From the IMG/VR virus record IMGVR_UViG_3300045988_160427: a stretch of DNA of 64,000 nucleotides. One strand, given 5' to 3'. Under the pieces are notes generated by a model. The model was not told the DNA's origin. It ran no database searches and saw only the letters and a program-made list of their open reading frames with translations. Of the stretch, positions 26,640 through 37,544 are shown piece after piece. The position numbers and the translations under genes are program-made. Position 1 is the first letter of the stretch, and each line of letters starts with the position of its first letter. This DNA comes from a virus.

Positions 26640-27933
26640 AATACCTCTTTTTTTCCTCTGTCTGCCTTGCTTCGGAAAAACTAGAAACTCTTTTTAAATA
26701 ACCAATGACGCGAGTAATATAATCCAAATTATTACTACCACATTTAGGACATTTAGCTAATTTATGTTTAGACACATAACCGCAATCATTACATGCAGTG
26801 TTTGGAATATTGAATGTAAAATAACTACATCCTGTTTGAATTGCTACATTCAACAACTGTAAATATTGTTGTTTTGTCAAATGTTCTTCGAGGTTGGCAT
26901 GTAAAGCTGAACCACCATCTAAATATTTTGTTAACTTATCTCCGTGTAAAATAAATTTGTCTAATAAATTAGATTTAGTGTCCTCCACAATGTAGAAATA
27001 ACTGTTGTAACAGTCTCTTGGTACAAAATATCCATCTTCTTTATCCCATTTTGCATTTTTAACGCCTAAATTTTCTGCGGGAACAAACTCTGTATTGAAC
27101 ATAATTTCATTAGTTTTATCTTTTTTATTTTCCTCATAAATAGGTCTTAAAATAGCTTCTCCATAATTAAAATATTCTTCATTAGGAGAAATTTCAATGC
27201 CTAAAAATTCTGCTCCTTCCAAAAAACCATTAATACCAATAGTTAAATATTGTTTCTCTAAAGCAATATATCCAGCATCATATACAGGAAGCATACGAGA
27301 ATTAAAATTATCTTTAACAATCTCATTGTATGCTGTTAAATAACAATGAATTTTATGTGTTTGTTCTCTAACTGCTTTCTCAACATCTTTTAGTGTAGCG
27401 TTTTTATTTTTTCTGTATACATTTTGCACCAAACGATTGATGTTAATTGTAATTACGCCTTTAGAGCCAGTGGAAACTCCCCCTGCTCCGAGTGTGAAAG
27501 AAAAAGTATTATCTTGTAATTCATTTTTTAGACGGCAGCATGAAGAAAGGGAGTCGACACTATTACTTCGATAACAAAAGAAAGAATGTCCTTCAGTCCA
27601 CATTTCTGCCACAAAATCTTTCCATTCTTTGTCTACATAATCTTTTCCATCATCTAATAAGTTAACAGTTTCTACAGGGAAAGATAGGAAAGAAGTGGCG
27701 GTTTTTAATCTTTCTGCATTAAACCATTTCATAAAATCCTTTTGAAGCCAATTTACGCTCTCCCAACAAGGCTCAGAACCATCAGGAAAAACAAAATCTT
27801 CAAACATGCCGTTAAAATAAGGTTGGTCGAAATAAGCAATATTCCAAAACCCTTGTATTCCATACAATGCGCTACGTTGTATGCGTTCTCTTATGAACTG
27901 CTTTATGTCACCATAAAGAGTAGACCATATCAC
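26620..27933 (-). CDS. nrdD: anaerobic ribonucleoside-triphosphate reductase, 3' exon
   Basis: C-terminal 'CNDCGY...CPKCGS' Zn site and glycyl-radical motif 'RVIGYL'. Confidence 0.8.
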   Translation of the reverse strand: MIWSTLYGDIKQFIRERIQRSALYGIQGFWNIAYFDQPYFNGMFEDFVFPDGSEPCWESVNWLQKDFMKWFNAERLKTATSFLSFPVETVNLLDDGKDYVDKEWKDFVAEMWTEGHSFFCYRSNSVDSLSSCCRLKNELQDNTFSFTLGAGGVSTGSKGVITININRLVQNVYRKNKNATLKDVEKAVREQTHKIHCYLTAYNEIVKDNFNSRMLPVYDAGYIALEKQYLTIGINGFLEGAEFLGIEISPNEEYFNYGEAILRPIYEENKKDKTNEIMFNTEFVPAENLGVKNAKWDKEDGYFVPRDCYNSYFYIVEDTKSNLLDKFILHGDKLTKYLDGGSALHANLEEHLTKQQYLQLLNVAIQTGCSYFTFNIPNTACNDCGYVSKHKLAKCPKCGSNNLDYITRVIGYLKRVSSFSEARQTEEKKRYYDNAKV

Positions 27934-28841
27934 TATCCTTTGAAAGGATACTCCCCATTTCCACTATCAAACGCTTATAGTGTACTTGCTTTCGCAATGG
28001 TCGTTGAACGTTCCCTTTATAGGGCTTCGCTTCTGATTGTCTTATTATAATTATGAATTTTAAACAAGTGACAGTTTTTACAATAAGTAATTAAATTATT
28101 TTTATCTAAAAATCTAGGGTCGGCAATAATAATATTATATAATTCATCTACTTTATCAACAACATTTAATTCTTTATGTTCGTTACATATTTTTTTAATT
28201 ATTGTTGCAAAAGGAATGATATGATGTGTGTGTAAATTATTATGGCTCCCGCATATTTGACAAGTATAATTATCTCTTTTCCGAACTTCTGGAGAAATAT
28301 TGTTTTGATAAAACTGTCTACATCTTGATTCTAAGGTGCTTATTCCACCTTTCCAATTATGGTGTTCTTTACCTTTTTGTACCCCAATCTTGGCTTCCGA
28401 AATGTCTCTAACATGGATTTTAAATTCTTTTAAAACTCTATTTATTACATGAGGGGCACAATTAAACATTTTACCTAATTGTTCTTTTGTACAATGTTGT
28501 GTTATATATAAATCATACATTTTATTATAATCATTAAATTCAGGAGGAATTTCTTTATTGTTTTTAGCAAAGTGTGAAGCGCTTAGAGAGCGCCTCTCTA
28601 CTCCCATTTGTATTAAATGATTTAAAACACTTCTATGAGAGGTTTGTAATATTTTACCTATTTCTACACTTGATTTTTTTTGATTTATATATAAGTCAAA
28701 AATGATCTCATCATCTTTTTGGGTTAATTTTCTCCCCATTTGTATCACCTCCTTGTTTTAGAATGATAAAATTATAATCATAATAAGATTTTCCAGAAAT
28801 TAAAGGAGTTTGCTATATCTATTACTACATATAGGCGCATT
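27934..28841 (-). mobile_element. putative group I intron interrupting nrdD (approximate bounds)
   Basis: nrdD N- and C-terminal halves separated by ~0.9 kb containing a free-standing HNH ORF with its own RBS; exon ORFs run into in-frame stops shortly inside. Confidence 0.6.
28017..28748 (-). CDS. HNH homing endonuclease with tandem N-terminal HTH modules
   Basis: RBS AAGGAGGTGAT; 'CQICGSHNNLHTHHIIP...CKNCH' HNH motif. Confidence 0.8.
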   Translation of the reverse strand: MIQMGRKLTQKDDEIIFDLYINQKKSSVEIGKILQTSHRSVLNHLIQMGVERRSLSASHFAKNNKEIPPEFNDYNKMYDLYITQHCTKEQLGKMFNCAPHVINRVLKEFKIHVRDISEAKIGVQKGKEHHNWKGGISTLESRCRQFYQNNISPEVRKRDNYTCQICGSHNNLHTHHIIPFATIIKKICNEHKELNVVDKVDELYNIIIADPRFLDKNNLITYCKNCHLFKIHNYNKTIRSEAL

Positions 28842-29495
28842 TTAGTTTACGCTTTGAAAATTCCTCGCGGCGGCTGGCTGATTTAGCGAATAAACCACTT
28901 GACTAAATTTGTCATGAATAATTGAATGAATGGTTCTTTCTCTTCCTATTGCGTTTACTACTACATCTGGATTTAAGTAATAATTATCTCCATATTCTTT
29001 TCTGATAAAATAATCCATATACATTAAAAATTCTGGTGTACTTACAGCTCCTGCAAATTGCGAAGCAATAGCAAAAACCAAGTTAACAAAACTTCCGCAA
29101 AATGAATCTAAATTTTTTGGTGCTGTAGATAAACCTCCGATATTGGTTAAACCATCAAATAAAAATGGATACATAGTAATACTTACACAATAAGGCAACA
29201 TTGGATTGGTTTCGTCATGTCTATAAATTTCATGACCATCCAAAGAACGAATATACTCCTCTGCTAACTCTTCACCATAAAGCTCCGTAATTTTCTCAAT
29301 CATTAAAAGTCTATTAATACCTATGGCATCTTTTTTATACAATTCTCCAGTACAGGTAGTTACATTTTTATTTTCCACATTTGCATTCGAATCAACTTGA
29401 CTTCCGCTTGCGGCATTTGAAGCTACTCTATAGGAATTAATAAAATCAACATAGGAACGATATTTTTCTTTATAGTTCAATAAAAGATTTGACAT
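28842..29495 (-). CDS. nrdD: anaerobic ribonucleoside-triphosphate reductase, 5' exon
   Basis: N-terminal NrdD-like region; ORF tail 'SLNQPAAARNFQSVN*' likely intron-encoded read-through. Confidence 0.7.
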   Translation of the reverse strand: MSNLLLNYKEKYRSYVDFINSYRVASNAASGSQVDSNANVENKNVTTCTGELYKKDAIGINRLLMIEKITELYGEELAEEYIRSLDGHEIYRHDETNPMLPYCVSITMYPFLFDGLTNIGGLSTAPKNLDSFCGSFVNLVFAIASQFAGAVSTPEFLMYMDYFIRKEYGDNYYLNPDVVVNAIGRERTIHSIIHDKFSQVVYSLNQPAAARNFQSVN

Positions 29496-29501
29496 TTTTA
29501 C

Positions 29502-29717
29502 TCACCTTTCTCCATTAATAATTTTTTGATACGCTTCTGCATAAGTTAAAAAATCTTCATCAATTTGCAACACTGGAAGACTATAAATTTTTCTTGCTTG
29601 AATCTCCTCCAATTCATAGGTTTTTTTAAATTCAATACCTTTTTCAACTAATTTTCTTTCTAAGATTTTACATTTCGGACAAGATGGCGAAGAATACAAA
29701 ATAATTTGTTTACCCAT
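29502..29717 (-). CDS. nrdH: glutaredoxin-like protein NrdH
   Basis: 'YSSPSCPKCKILE' CPxC redox motif, 71 aa, adjacent to nrdD. Confidence 0.7.
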   Translation of the reverse strand: MGKQIILYSSPSCPKCKILERKLVEKGIEFKKTYELEEIQARKIYSLPVLQIDEDFLTYAEAYQKIINGER

Positions 29718-29728
29718 GATAACCTCCT

Positions 29729-29929
29729 TTATTTATATAAGAAAAAATAAATGAAACAAATTATTAATATTAACAATGTAAAGGTGAATGATATTAATAA
29801 TTCCAATACAATTTTTTGTAAAGTAATATTATGGTTTGGTTTATAAAACCAATAATAAAATATTATTATTAAACAAACAAGAATCAATACAGAATTAGTA
29901 TTTAATAAGGTAATTAATAAATTCGACAT
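29729..29929 (-). CDS. small two-TM membrane protein (holin-like topology)
   Basis: 66 aa, two hydrophobic helices. Confidence 0.35.
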   Translation of the reverse strand: MSNLLITLLNTNSVLILVCLIIIFYYWFYKPNHNITLQKIVLELLISFTFTLLILIICFIYFFLYK

Positions 29930-29946
29930 TTACAATATAATCTCCT

Positions 29947-32097
29947 TTATTTTTTTAATAATTCATACAAAAAAGTTTCTCTACAGTCAGTAGCTTCCAC
30001 TTTTATAGCATTATTGATGGTTTTTACGTCTCCAACTTCCACCAAGAGCTCTTTTGCTCTTGTATTAGCTACGTATAATAAATTTTTATTTAATAATTTA
30101 TTGTGCGAAGGATGAGTAATGTTAATAACACTTAAGAATTCAGAACCTTGTGATTTATGAGTGGAAATGGAATAGCCCAAAAGAAGATTGTTCATTTCAC
30201 TATATGTATAAACAATTGAATCATCTTGAAATTTCACAATTAAACATTTGTTTTCCACATCCACTTGTTCCACAACTCCCATATCTCCATTTACCACAGT
30301 AGCATTACCGAATTTTGCCCCTTTCTCATAATAATCTATATTTGTTACAGCGTTATAATTATTTTTAGTATTGATAACTTTATCTCCAACTCTGAATCGC
30401 ATTTCTATATTACCACGTTTGGTTGAAATTTTTTTTACGATTTCTTCTCCTTTTAATGGGTTACAAATGTTTTGTAATTCTGTATTTATAGCATATGTTC
30501 CCATTGAACCAACATTAAAAGGGGATAATACTACAATATCATTTTTACTATATTTGGTGAGCAAGTTTTTATATTCGTTAACAATTTGTTGCAATGGATT
30601 GTTTCCTATAGGAATGAATTTATATTCTTTATTTGGTTGATATCCATCAAAAATTGGTCCTTCTTGATTTAAATATTCTTTTTTATTTCGAATATCGGTT
30701 GCTACTGTTAATAAAGCATTTTCCCCATATCTGAAAATTTTGCTAAGTTTAACCGTTGGTATTTTTTGAGATCGTAAAATATCTCTTAACACATTACCAC
30801 AACTAATGGATGGTAATTGTTGCTCATCGCAAACTAATAAAATTTTAGACGAAGTAGAAATATTATTTAATAATTTAGAAAAAATTTTCACTCCCACAAA
30901 AGAAAATTCATCTATAATAACAACATCAGCATCAATATAATTATTTTTAGCAAGTTCTTTGTGTATGGTGCTAGTATATCTTTCGGTTACGTCTTTCAAT
31001 CTTTTGGCTGCAATTCCAGTAGGAGCTAAAAGGATGTAACTTAAAAATTCTGAGTCTAGCATTTCAATGAGTGCTTTAATAGTTGAAGTTTTACCAGAGC
31101 CAGCGGGTCCGCATAAAATCAATACATCTTCATTTAATATTTTTTTAAGAACTTCTTGTTGTTCCTCGCTTAGAAAAGATTTATACTTTTCATATTGTAA
31201 ATTTATATTTCTTGGGTTTTCTTTTCTTTCTAATAAATTATTAGCTATATTCCTCTCGGCTTGATAAGTCGACATTTTAGCAATAAATTTCGTATCGTTT
31301 TCATAGAAAAATGTGTCCCGCTCTTCAACTACTTTTTTAATTTTCGGAAAACACTCAGGAATCATTTCCAACGCTAAGCTAGCTACAACGTTAGCATTTA
31401 TTTTTGTGTTTCCTTCCGCTTCGTTCATAGTCAATATGTGTAATAAAAGGTACTCTGTTTGAATCTCACTCCCTAAGAAAGATGGGTTAATTTTTAAAAT
31501 AGTATTATTAGCACCGATAAAACCTCTTTCTAAAATATCAATTAAAACATGATACGGATTTTTCTCTAATTCTTCATAAATTTTATCATAATTATAATAT
31601 GCTTGGAATAATTTTTTACATTCTTTAAGGGTAAATTTATAATCAGGAAACATATTTATAATTTTTTGATAACGGTATACATGATTAATTTTTTCTACAT
31701 ATTCATTAAATCTTCTTTCTCCAACTCCTTTAATTTTATTTAAGTCAATTTCATTTTCTTTCCCGTCTACAATCATAGCTACAAAGTTTGGATAAACGCT
31801 ATGTATGTTGTCTGCTTGTTTTTGATTCATAAATGATAATAAAATAGGAATTTCATCTGCCGCAGTGATTTCTATATTGTCTAATGAAGGAACAGTAATT
31901 AATTCATATTGGATACCATAACGTGGATGCTCTATTTCTTTTACTACAATTTCATATTCTTGGTTTAATTGTAAACATCCAACGTTTCCAATCACTGTAA
32001 TAAAACTATCTTCGTCAATATCTTTACAAATTTTCACTCCGTAAGATTCATTTTCAAATAAAACTTTTTGTGGAACAACTTTTAATTTAATACTCAT
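29947..32097 (-). CDS. RecD/Dda-like SF1 DNA helicase
   Basis: Walker A 'CGPAGSGKTS', Walker B 'VVIIDEFSFV', RecD2-like N- and C-terminal domains. Confidence 0.75.
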   Translation of the reverse strand: MSIKLKVVPQKVLFENESYGVKICKDIDEDSFITVIGNVGCLQLNQEYEIVVKEIEHPRYGIQYELITVPSLDNIEITAADEIPILLSFMNQKQADNIHSVYPNFVAMIVDGKENEIDLNKIKGVGERRFNEYVEKINHVYRYQKIINMFPDYKFTLKECKKLFQAYYNYDKIYEELEKNPYHVLIDILERGFIGANNTILKINPSFLGSEIQTEYLLLHILTMNEAEGNTKINANVVASLALEMIPECFPKIKKVVEERDTFFYENDTKFIAKMSTYQAERNIANNLLERKENPRNINLQYEKYKSFLSEEQQEVLKKILNEDVLILCGPAGSGKTSTIKALIEMLDSEFLSYILLAPTGIAAKRLKDVTERYTSTIHKELAKNNYIDADVVIIDEFSFVGVKIFSKLLNNISTSSKILLVCDEQQLPSISCGNVLRDILRSQKIPTVKLSKIFRYGENALLTVATDIRNKKEYLNQEGPIFDGYQPNKEYKFIPIGNNPLQQIVNEYKNLLTKYSKNDIVVLSPFNVGSMGTYAINTELQNICNPLKGEEIVKKISTKRGNIEMRFRVGDKVINTKNNYNAVTNIDYYEKGAKFGNATVVNGDMGVVEQVDVENKCLIVKFQDDSIVYTYSEMNNLLLGYSISTHKSQGSEFLSVINITHPSHNKLLNKNLLYVANTRAKELLVEVGDVKTINNAIKVEATDCRETFLYELLKK

Positions 32098-32251
32098 TTT
32101 TTACTCCTTATTAAAACCGTACCTTTTTGATAACATTATATATTTTAATATGAAAATAGTCAAGTTTTAAATGATATATTTTCAAAAATAAAATATTTTA
32201 TTATAAAAGAAGCTCCTTTTTCATAAAGGGCCTCTTTTGTACGTTCCTATA

Positions 32252-32548
32252 TTATTTTAGATTAATTTCGTAATCGATCTTTTTTATTTGCGCTTTTTGA
32301 TTTTCAAACAATTTTTGGCTTTTATTGTTAAACCCCCAAATGGTTGTTTCTATTTTTGTCTTTTTTTTCAACCTAGCTTCAATTTTAATCATATTAATAA
32401 GAAGAGTTCCAATTCCTTTTCTAGCATAATGTTTTGTAATACACATATCTTCTATATATATACTTTCATTTTGCAAATAACATAGTATAAAACCAATGAA
32501 TTTTCCATTCTTTTTAACTTTATATCCAAATCTATTTGTATTTTTCAT
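32252..32548 (-). CDS. GNAT family N-acetyltransferase
   Basis: 'ARKGIGTLLI' acetyl-CoA binding motif. Confidence 0.6.
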   Translation of the reverse strand: MKNTNRFGYKVKKNGKFIGFILCYLQNESIYIEDMCITKHYARKGIGTLLINMIKIEARLKKKTKIETTIWGFNNKSQKLFENQKAQIKKIDYEINLK

Positions 32549-32690
32549 TAATAGATTAAAACTATATTCTTCTAATAGCTTTTTTCTTTTAATGACTCTG
32601 GGCAGAAAGTTAAATGATAATCATATTCCTCTTTGAATAAACTTTTCAAACAATTATAATCGTTTGCTGTGATTTTTGTAATTTCCAAAA

Positions 32691-35600
32691 TTATACTCCT
32701 TTTCTTTCACTTCTTATGATGAGGTCTGCATTATTTGAAACTTTTTCAATTAATAAAACAGTATGTTTGAAGATTGAGTTTTTATATTTTTTAGCTCTGA
32801 AATAATCATTATTTCTATAACCAACAATGCATAGTTTTGTTCCTCTTTTGAACCAACTATCATCTACCATGACTTTGTGTTCAACATCGCCCTGTGATAT
32901 TCTTTGCTCATAGTAACTATAAGTTTCATCATTGAATTTTACACTTATTACTTTATTTTGAGGTGTCAAAATTTCTATCGTTCTTTTATTTTTATTTTTA
33001 TCTACCACAGTTCCACAAATTCTATAAAGATCATACTGTTTCCATATAAACTCCTCCCCGTTTCTTTTTTTATAACTTTTGATTGCATAGCTTGGGTCTT
33101 CTGGAAGCAAATCAAAATTAATAATATTATACTTATCAAAATTAACAGACATTAGTTCATGTTGATCTTTGGGATAAAAAGACGTGGAAGAAAAAGCCCA
33201 CTCTAATTCATTATTTTCTTCTATGTTGTTTTCATATAATATTTTCTTACCTATATTATTAAAATTTTTAATAAAATCTTCATTGGAAATATATTGTTTT
33301 ATCTTCTCTGCATAAGGCTTCGTTGCACGATCTAAATTTTTATCAATAATTATCATATAATCATTTTCATAATAAAAATCCACATCCTCTTTTAAGTTAG
33401 GAAACCAGTATAACAAATCAGACTCAACTTTTTTCGGAACCATATAATGTTTTTTTGTTTTTATTTTTTCATCTTGTTTGTAAAAATTCATTTTATTTTT
33501 GATATTTTTACAAAGCATATACGGAGTTAATAAATTTTCTGGTATATAAATATCATATTCCAATATTTTATTAATATTTTGCAATGATAATTCTTTTTTT
33601 TCTTCATATTCTAATGAAAAAAATTCTTTCATTATTTCAATTCTGTTTTCATTGAATTCATCAAAACAACCAGCCTTTATTAATGTAATTATTTTTTGCT
33701 TCTTAATTAGCGATTCTTTATTATTTTTAATTTTGTTATAAAAATCTATAAAAGAATCATAAGGTCTATTATTAACTATTTCTCTAGCTACTTCGTTGCT
33801 AATTCCAGAAATACCACCTAATCCAAAAAGAATACTATTATCTTCTCTGTTTGGCGTGAAAGAAATGTTTGATTTATTAATTGATGGTGGTAAAATATTT
33901 ATTCCATGATGTTTCATTTTATAAATACTTCGCGCCATTTTTCCATAGTCAATAGCTGTCCTTTTATCTTTTTCATCGTCTGATTGACTTTCCACAGTTA
34001 AACAGGCACAATTCCAATAAACGGGCGGGTAATAATAATTCAAATTCAATTCTTGCAAAGCAATGATCGAATAAGATGCCGAATGTATTTGAGAAAAAGA
34101 ATAGCCAAAACTTGCAGCAAAAATTACATTCCAAATATACTCTAAAAACAATTTTCTGGTTCCTAGTTTTTCACCATATTCAAAAAATTGTTTTTTCGCT
34201 TCTTCTTGTAATTGTGCACTTTTTTTCGCAATACTTTTTCTAAGTTTATTACTTTCTTTTAAAGTATACCCGCTTACTCTTTTGTCCATGCTAATACGCA
34301 TTAATTTTTCTTGGCTATCTGCTAAACCATAAGAATCATTTAAGTACTCTTTTAAACAAGCTTGCTCATTTTCATTCAACCCATAACTTGTCATTTCTTC
34401 ATACCAATCATTTATATTTTGTTTAAATCTTGCATATTTTAACAATGGAGACTCTTGACCTGGTTGTGCCATTAATCTAAGCAAATTGTTAGTAGCAGAT
34501 AAATCCATAACGCTGTGAGGTTGTGTAAGGTTTAAAGCACGCTCACTTATTTTGGTATCAAATTGAAACACACTATAAATATTTTTAATTATATCCCACA
34601 TATTTTTATCATCATATTCTAAAATATCAGGATGAATATATTTTTCGTATGTTTTTTTCAGTGTTCCTTGCCACTCTATAATTCCATCTTTTAATAATAG
34701 ATTTAGTGTCGTATGAATTTTATCTGTGGCTATGGTTTTTAACAAATCAAACTTAATTTCTCCACAGTATTCAGAGTCTATTAAATCGTAACAAGAACAT
34801 AATTCTCCTTTAGGGGAACGCATAGAAGCAATATAGTTAGTATATGAGTCATTACCAACTAAAATACCAGCAGCATGTGTACTTCTTCCTGTAATCAAAC
34901 CTTCTAAAGAAAGAGCACATTCTTTCAAATTAGGATATTTTTCTACTTCACGAATAAAACTTTGGATAGGTTGCCTTTGTTTCTCTACGTTGCCCTCGAG
35001 ACAATCTCGCAAACTCCAAGTAAAACCTCTTTCTACTGGTATCATTGATTTAATATAATCTGCCACATCGTTGTTAATACCAAGCCCTTTGCAGCTTTTT
35101 TCTATGGCAGTTTTACTCGTTAGCGCAGAAAAAGTTGCTATACTTAAAACTCTGTCTTCACCAAAATATTCAACTACCCCTTGGATGATTTCATTCTTCT
35201 TAGATGATTCTGAATCTGTATCTATATCTGGTAATTCTACACCTCTATCTATATTCATAAATCTCCAAAAAGGCATATATTCTCCGAAAGGAACTGGGTC
35301 TATTTGAGTAATGTCTAGTAAATAACAAGACAGACATGCGCCGGCACTTCCTCTACCTGGCATTACTAAACTTCCAGCTTCCCATATGATATCTATAATT
35401 TTTGACATAGAACTGAAATAACAGGGAATAGATGTTCCCAATTCTTCACTTATTAAATGAAATTGTTCAAATTCTTCATCTAGTCTAGCAATATATTTTT
35501 CCAAATTTTCTTTTTTGGAATTAGTACAAATTTTTTCTTTTATTCCTTTTTCAACTTGGTAGAAAAAATATTGTTCATGCAATGTTCTTTGGGGATTAGC

Positions 35601-36620
35601 ATAATAGGCAAAATTATTATATTTAGAATAATAATTGCTAAAAGTATGCTCTATTTTAAAATTGGGTAATTTATTTTCTGGAATTTGAGGAATTATAGGA
35701 TTGTGTTTTAAATTATATTCATCTATTTTATTGAAAATTTCTTTAGTGTTTTCATAAAGAATATCAATTTCCTCATCGGTGAATAAAATTCTCAAAAATT
35801 GTCTTAATTCCTTTTCATCCATTAAATACGTTGTAGCATAAAAACTGTCTACTTCTCTATCGCCTTCTTTAGAATTTAGATAAATTTTATGAATAAAAGA
35901 TGATTCCTTAGTTAAATAGTGAGCATCAGTAGTAGGAATAATTTTTAAATTATAAGCTTTAGATAAATCAATCATAGCTTTATTAACAATTAATTGTTCT
36001 TGATTGGTTTCTTCACATGGTTGAATCTCTAGAAAGAAATTATTTTTCCCAAAAACTTCAACGCACCACGTAATAAAAGCATGTATTTCTAATTTAGCAG
36101 TTTCTTCCCCATTTTTCCATTTTAAAATCATTCTATCTAAAAATCCACCCAAACATGCGGTAGAAGCAATTATATGCCCTGTATTTCTTTTAATAATTTT
36201 TTCCACATCCGCATAATAAGTAGGAGTTCTCATAATTCCTCGAGAAAAATAAGCTCTTCCCCAAGCTAAACTTGAAAGCTCTCTTATTTGTTGATAACCT
36301 ACTTCATCTAAAGCGGTTAATATAAAATGATAATAAGGATAAATTGTATTTTTAGCCGCTCTGTTGGCTTCATCTTCTTTTTCATCCATCAAATATATTT
36401 CGTTGCCCAAAGCGATCTTAAAAGGTCTGTCTTTTTTCATTTTTTGATAGTATTGCAACGCTTTGATGTGCGAAGATAGACACTCATGATTGGTGATAGA
36501 AATTCCTAACAAACCTAAATCATAAGATTTTTGAATAACATCTTCGACTTTGTTGACAACATCTGGAAAACCTAGGGCGGCATTACTGTATTCATCATGA
36601 ACATGATTATTAAAATACAT
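32691..36620 (-). CDS. dnaE: DNA polymerase III alpha subunit (DnaE-type, PHP domain)
   Basis: 1309 aa; N-terminal PHP 'HVHDEYSNAALGFPD'; polymerase core length. Confidence 0.8.
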   Translation of the reverse strand: MYFNNHVHDEYSNAALGFPDVVNKVEDVIQKSYDLGLLGISITNHECLSSHIKALQYYQKMKKDRPFKIALGNEIYLMDEKEDEANRAAKNTIYPYYHFILTALDEVGYQQIRELSSLAWGRAYFSRGIMRTPTYYADVEKIIKRNTGHIIASTACLGGFLDRMILKWKNGEETAKLEIHAFITWCVEVFGKNNFFLEIQPCEETNQEQLIVNKAMIDLSKAYNLKIIPTTDAHYLTKESSFIHKIYLNSKEGDREVDSFYATTYLMDEKELRQFLRILFTDEEIDILYENTKEIFNKIDEYNLKHNPIIPQIPENKLPNFKIEHTFSNYYSKYNNFAYYANPQRTLHEQYFFYQVEKGIKEKICTNSKKENLEKYIARLDEEFEQFHLISEELGTSIPCYFSSMSKIIDIIWEAGSLVMPGRGSAGACLSCYLLDITQIDPVPFGEYMPFWRFMNIDRGVELPDIDTDSESSKKNEIIQGVVEYFGEDRVLSIATFSALTSKTAIEKSCKGLGINNDVADYIKSMIPVERGFTWSLRDCLEGNVEKQRQPIQSFIREVEKYPNLKECALSLEGLITGRSTHAAGILVGNDSYTNYIASMRSPKGELCSCYDLIDSEYCGEIKFDLLKTIATDKIHTTLNLLLKDGIIEWQGTLKKTYEKYIHPDILEYDDKNMWDIIKNIYSVFQFDTKISERALNLTQPHSVMDLSATNNLLRLMAQPGQESPLLKYARFKQNINDWYEEMTSYGLNENEQACLKEYLNDSYGLADSQEKLMRISMDKRVSGYTLKESNKLRKSIAKKSAQLQEEAKKQFFEYGEKLGTRKLFLEYIWNVIFAASFGYSFSQIHSASYSIIALQELNLNYYYPPVYWNCACLTVESQSDDEKDKRTAIDYGKMARSIYKMKHHGINILPPSINKSNISFTPNREDNSILFGLGGISGISNEVAREIVNNRPYDSFIDFYNKIKNNKESLIKKQKIITLIKAGCFDEFNENRIEIMKEFFSLEYEEKKELSLQNINKILEYDIYIPENLLTPYMLCKNIKNKMNFYKQDEKIKTKKHYMVPKKVESDLLYWFPNLKEDVDFYYENDYMIIIDKNLDRATKPYAEKIKQYISNEDFIKNFNNIGKKILYENNIEENNELEWAFSSTSFYPKDQHELMSVNFDKYNIINFDLLPEDPSYAIKSYKKRNGEEFIWKQYDLYRICGTVVDKNKNKRTIEILTPQNKVISVKFNDETYSYYEQRISQGDVEHKVMVDDSWFKRGTKLCIVGYRNNDYFRAKKYKNSIFKHTVLLIEKVSNNADLIIRSERKGV

Positions 36621-36627
36621 TTTTCAT

Positions 36628-37044
36628 CTACTCCATTTTAGTAATTTCATAAAATCTTTGATTAATTTTATTCCATTCTTTCTCGGTTATCCCACCACAA
36701 TCATATTTTTCTTGTAAGTTATAATAACATTGTAATAAATATCTTTCATTCATCTTTTTTACAAAAGTTTTAGCATTAGATAATAAGATTTTTTGCATTT
36801 CCTTATAATCTTTGATTTGAAAATAATCAATAAAATTTTTTAAATTAATGTTGTATCCTCTTCTTTGCATAGTTAAAATTACTTTTAAAGAATATAAAAG
36901 CAAATCTTTTTTAGGATATTCATAAATAAAATTAATTAATATATGTTTATCTTCTTTTTTATAAATGCTGTTTAATTCTCTCCATTGCCCTAGCAATTGT
37001 TGCCTAGGTAAAACTTCAATCAAAGATTCGTGCCAAAGTCTCAT
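36628..37044 (-). CDS. denV: pyrimidine dimer DNA glycosylase (T4 DenV/endonuclease V-like)
   Basis: 138 aa; 'MRLWHESLIEVLPRQQLLGQWRELNSIY' vs T4 '[27 protein letters not shown]'; 'RRGYNINLKNF' vs 'KRGFNIKDTTV'. Confidence 0.55.
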   Translation of the reverse strand: MRLWHESLIEVLPRQQLLGQWRELNSIYKKEDKHILINFIYEYPKKDLLLYSLKVILTMQRRGYNINLKNFIDYFQIKDYKEMQKILLSNAKTFVKKMNERYLLQCYYNLQEKYDCGGITEKEWNKINQRFYEITKME

Positions 37045-37055
37045 TGTAAACTCCT

Positions 37056-37544
37056 TTATAATATATATTTTTCTCCTGTTATATTGAAATATCCTGTAGT
37101 GATTTTATTCCAATCTTCTTCTGTAATTTTTACTGCTCCTTTAGGCCATTTATATATTTCATACAAAATAGCCATACAAACTCTTAGATATTCTTTATTG
37201 TGCCAATGAATAAATATTGGTGCATCTATTGGTATAATATCCATACCAAAATCTTCTAATGACAACTTTAATCTTTGTATTCTAGCACTGTATCTAGATT
37301 TTTTCTCATATACATTTATACATTTTTTAATATATGCAATCAATTCAAAACTATCGTAATTTTTCCAATAACCTTGCGCCCATTCTTCTTTAATTTTATC
37401 TCCTTTCTTTTTCCAAAGATCAACAATGTTTTCTAAAGAAGCAATTTGTTTTTTGAAATAATAAGGAGGCAAATATGGTAATAATTCATAATGCCATAGT
37501 CTTGTATTGCCAAAACGCCATAAAGTTTTTTTCATTGCTATCAC
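37056..37544 (-). CDS. DenV-like paralog (diverged, lacks the REL catalytic-Glu context)
   Basis: 'TRLWHYELLPYLP' and C-terminal 'ITEEDWNKIT' shared with 36628..37044. Confidence 0.4.
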   Translation of the reverse strand: MIAMKKTLWRFGNTRLWHYELLPYLPPYYFKKQIASLENIVDLWKKKGDKIKEEWAQGYWKNYDSFELIAYIKKCINVYEKKSRYSARIQRLKLSLEDFGMDIIPIDAPIFIHWHNKEYLRVCMAILYEIYKWPKGAVKITEEDWNKITTGYFNITGEKYIL

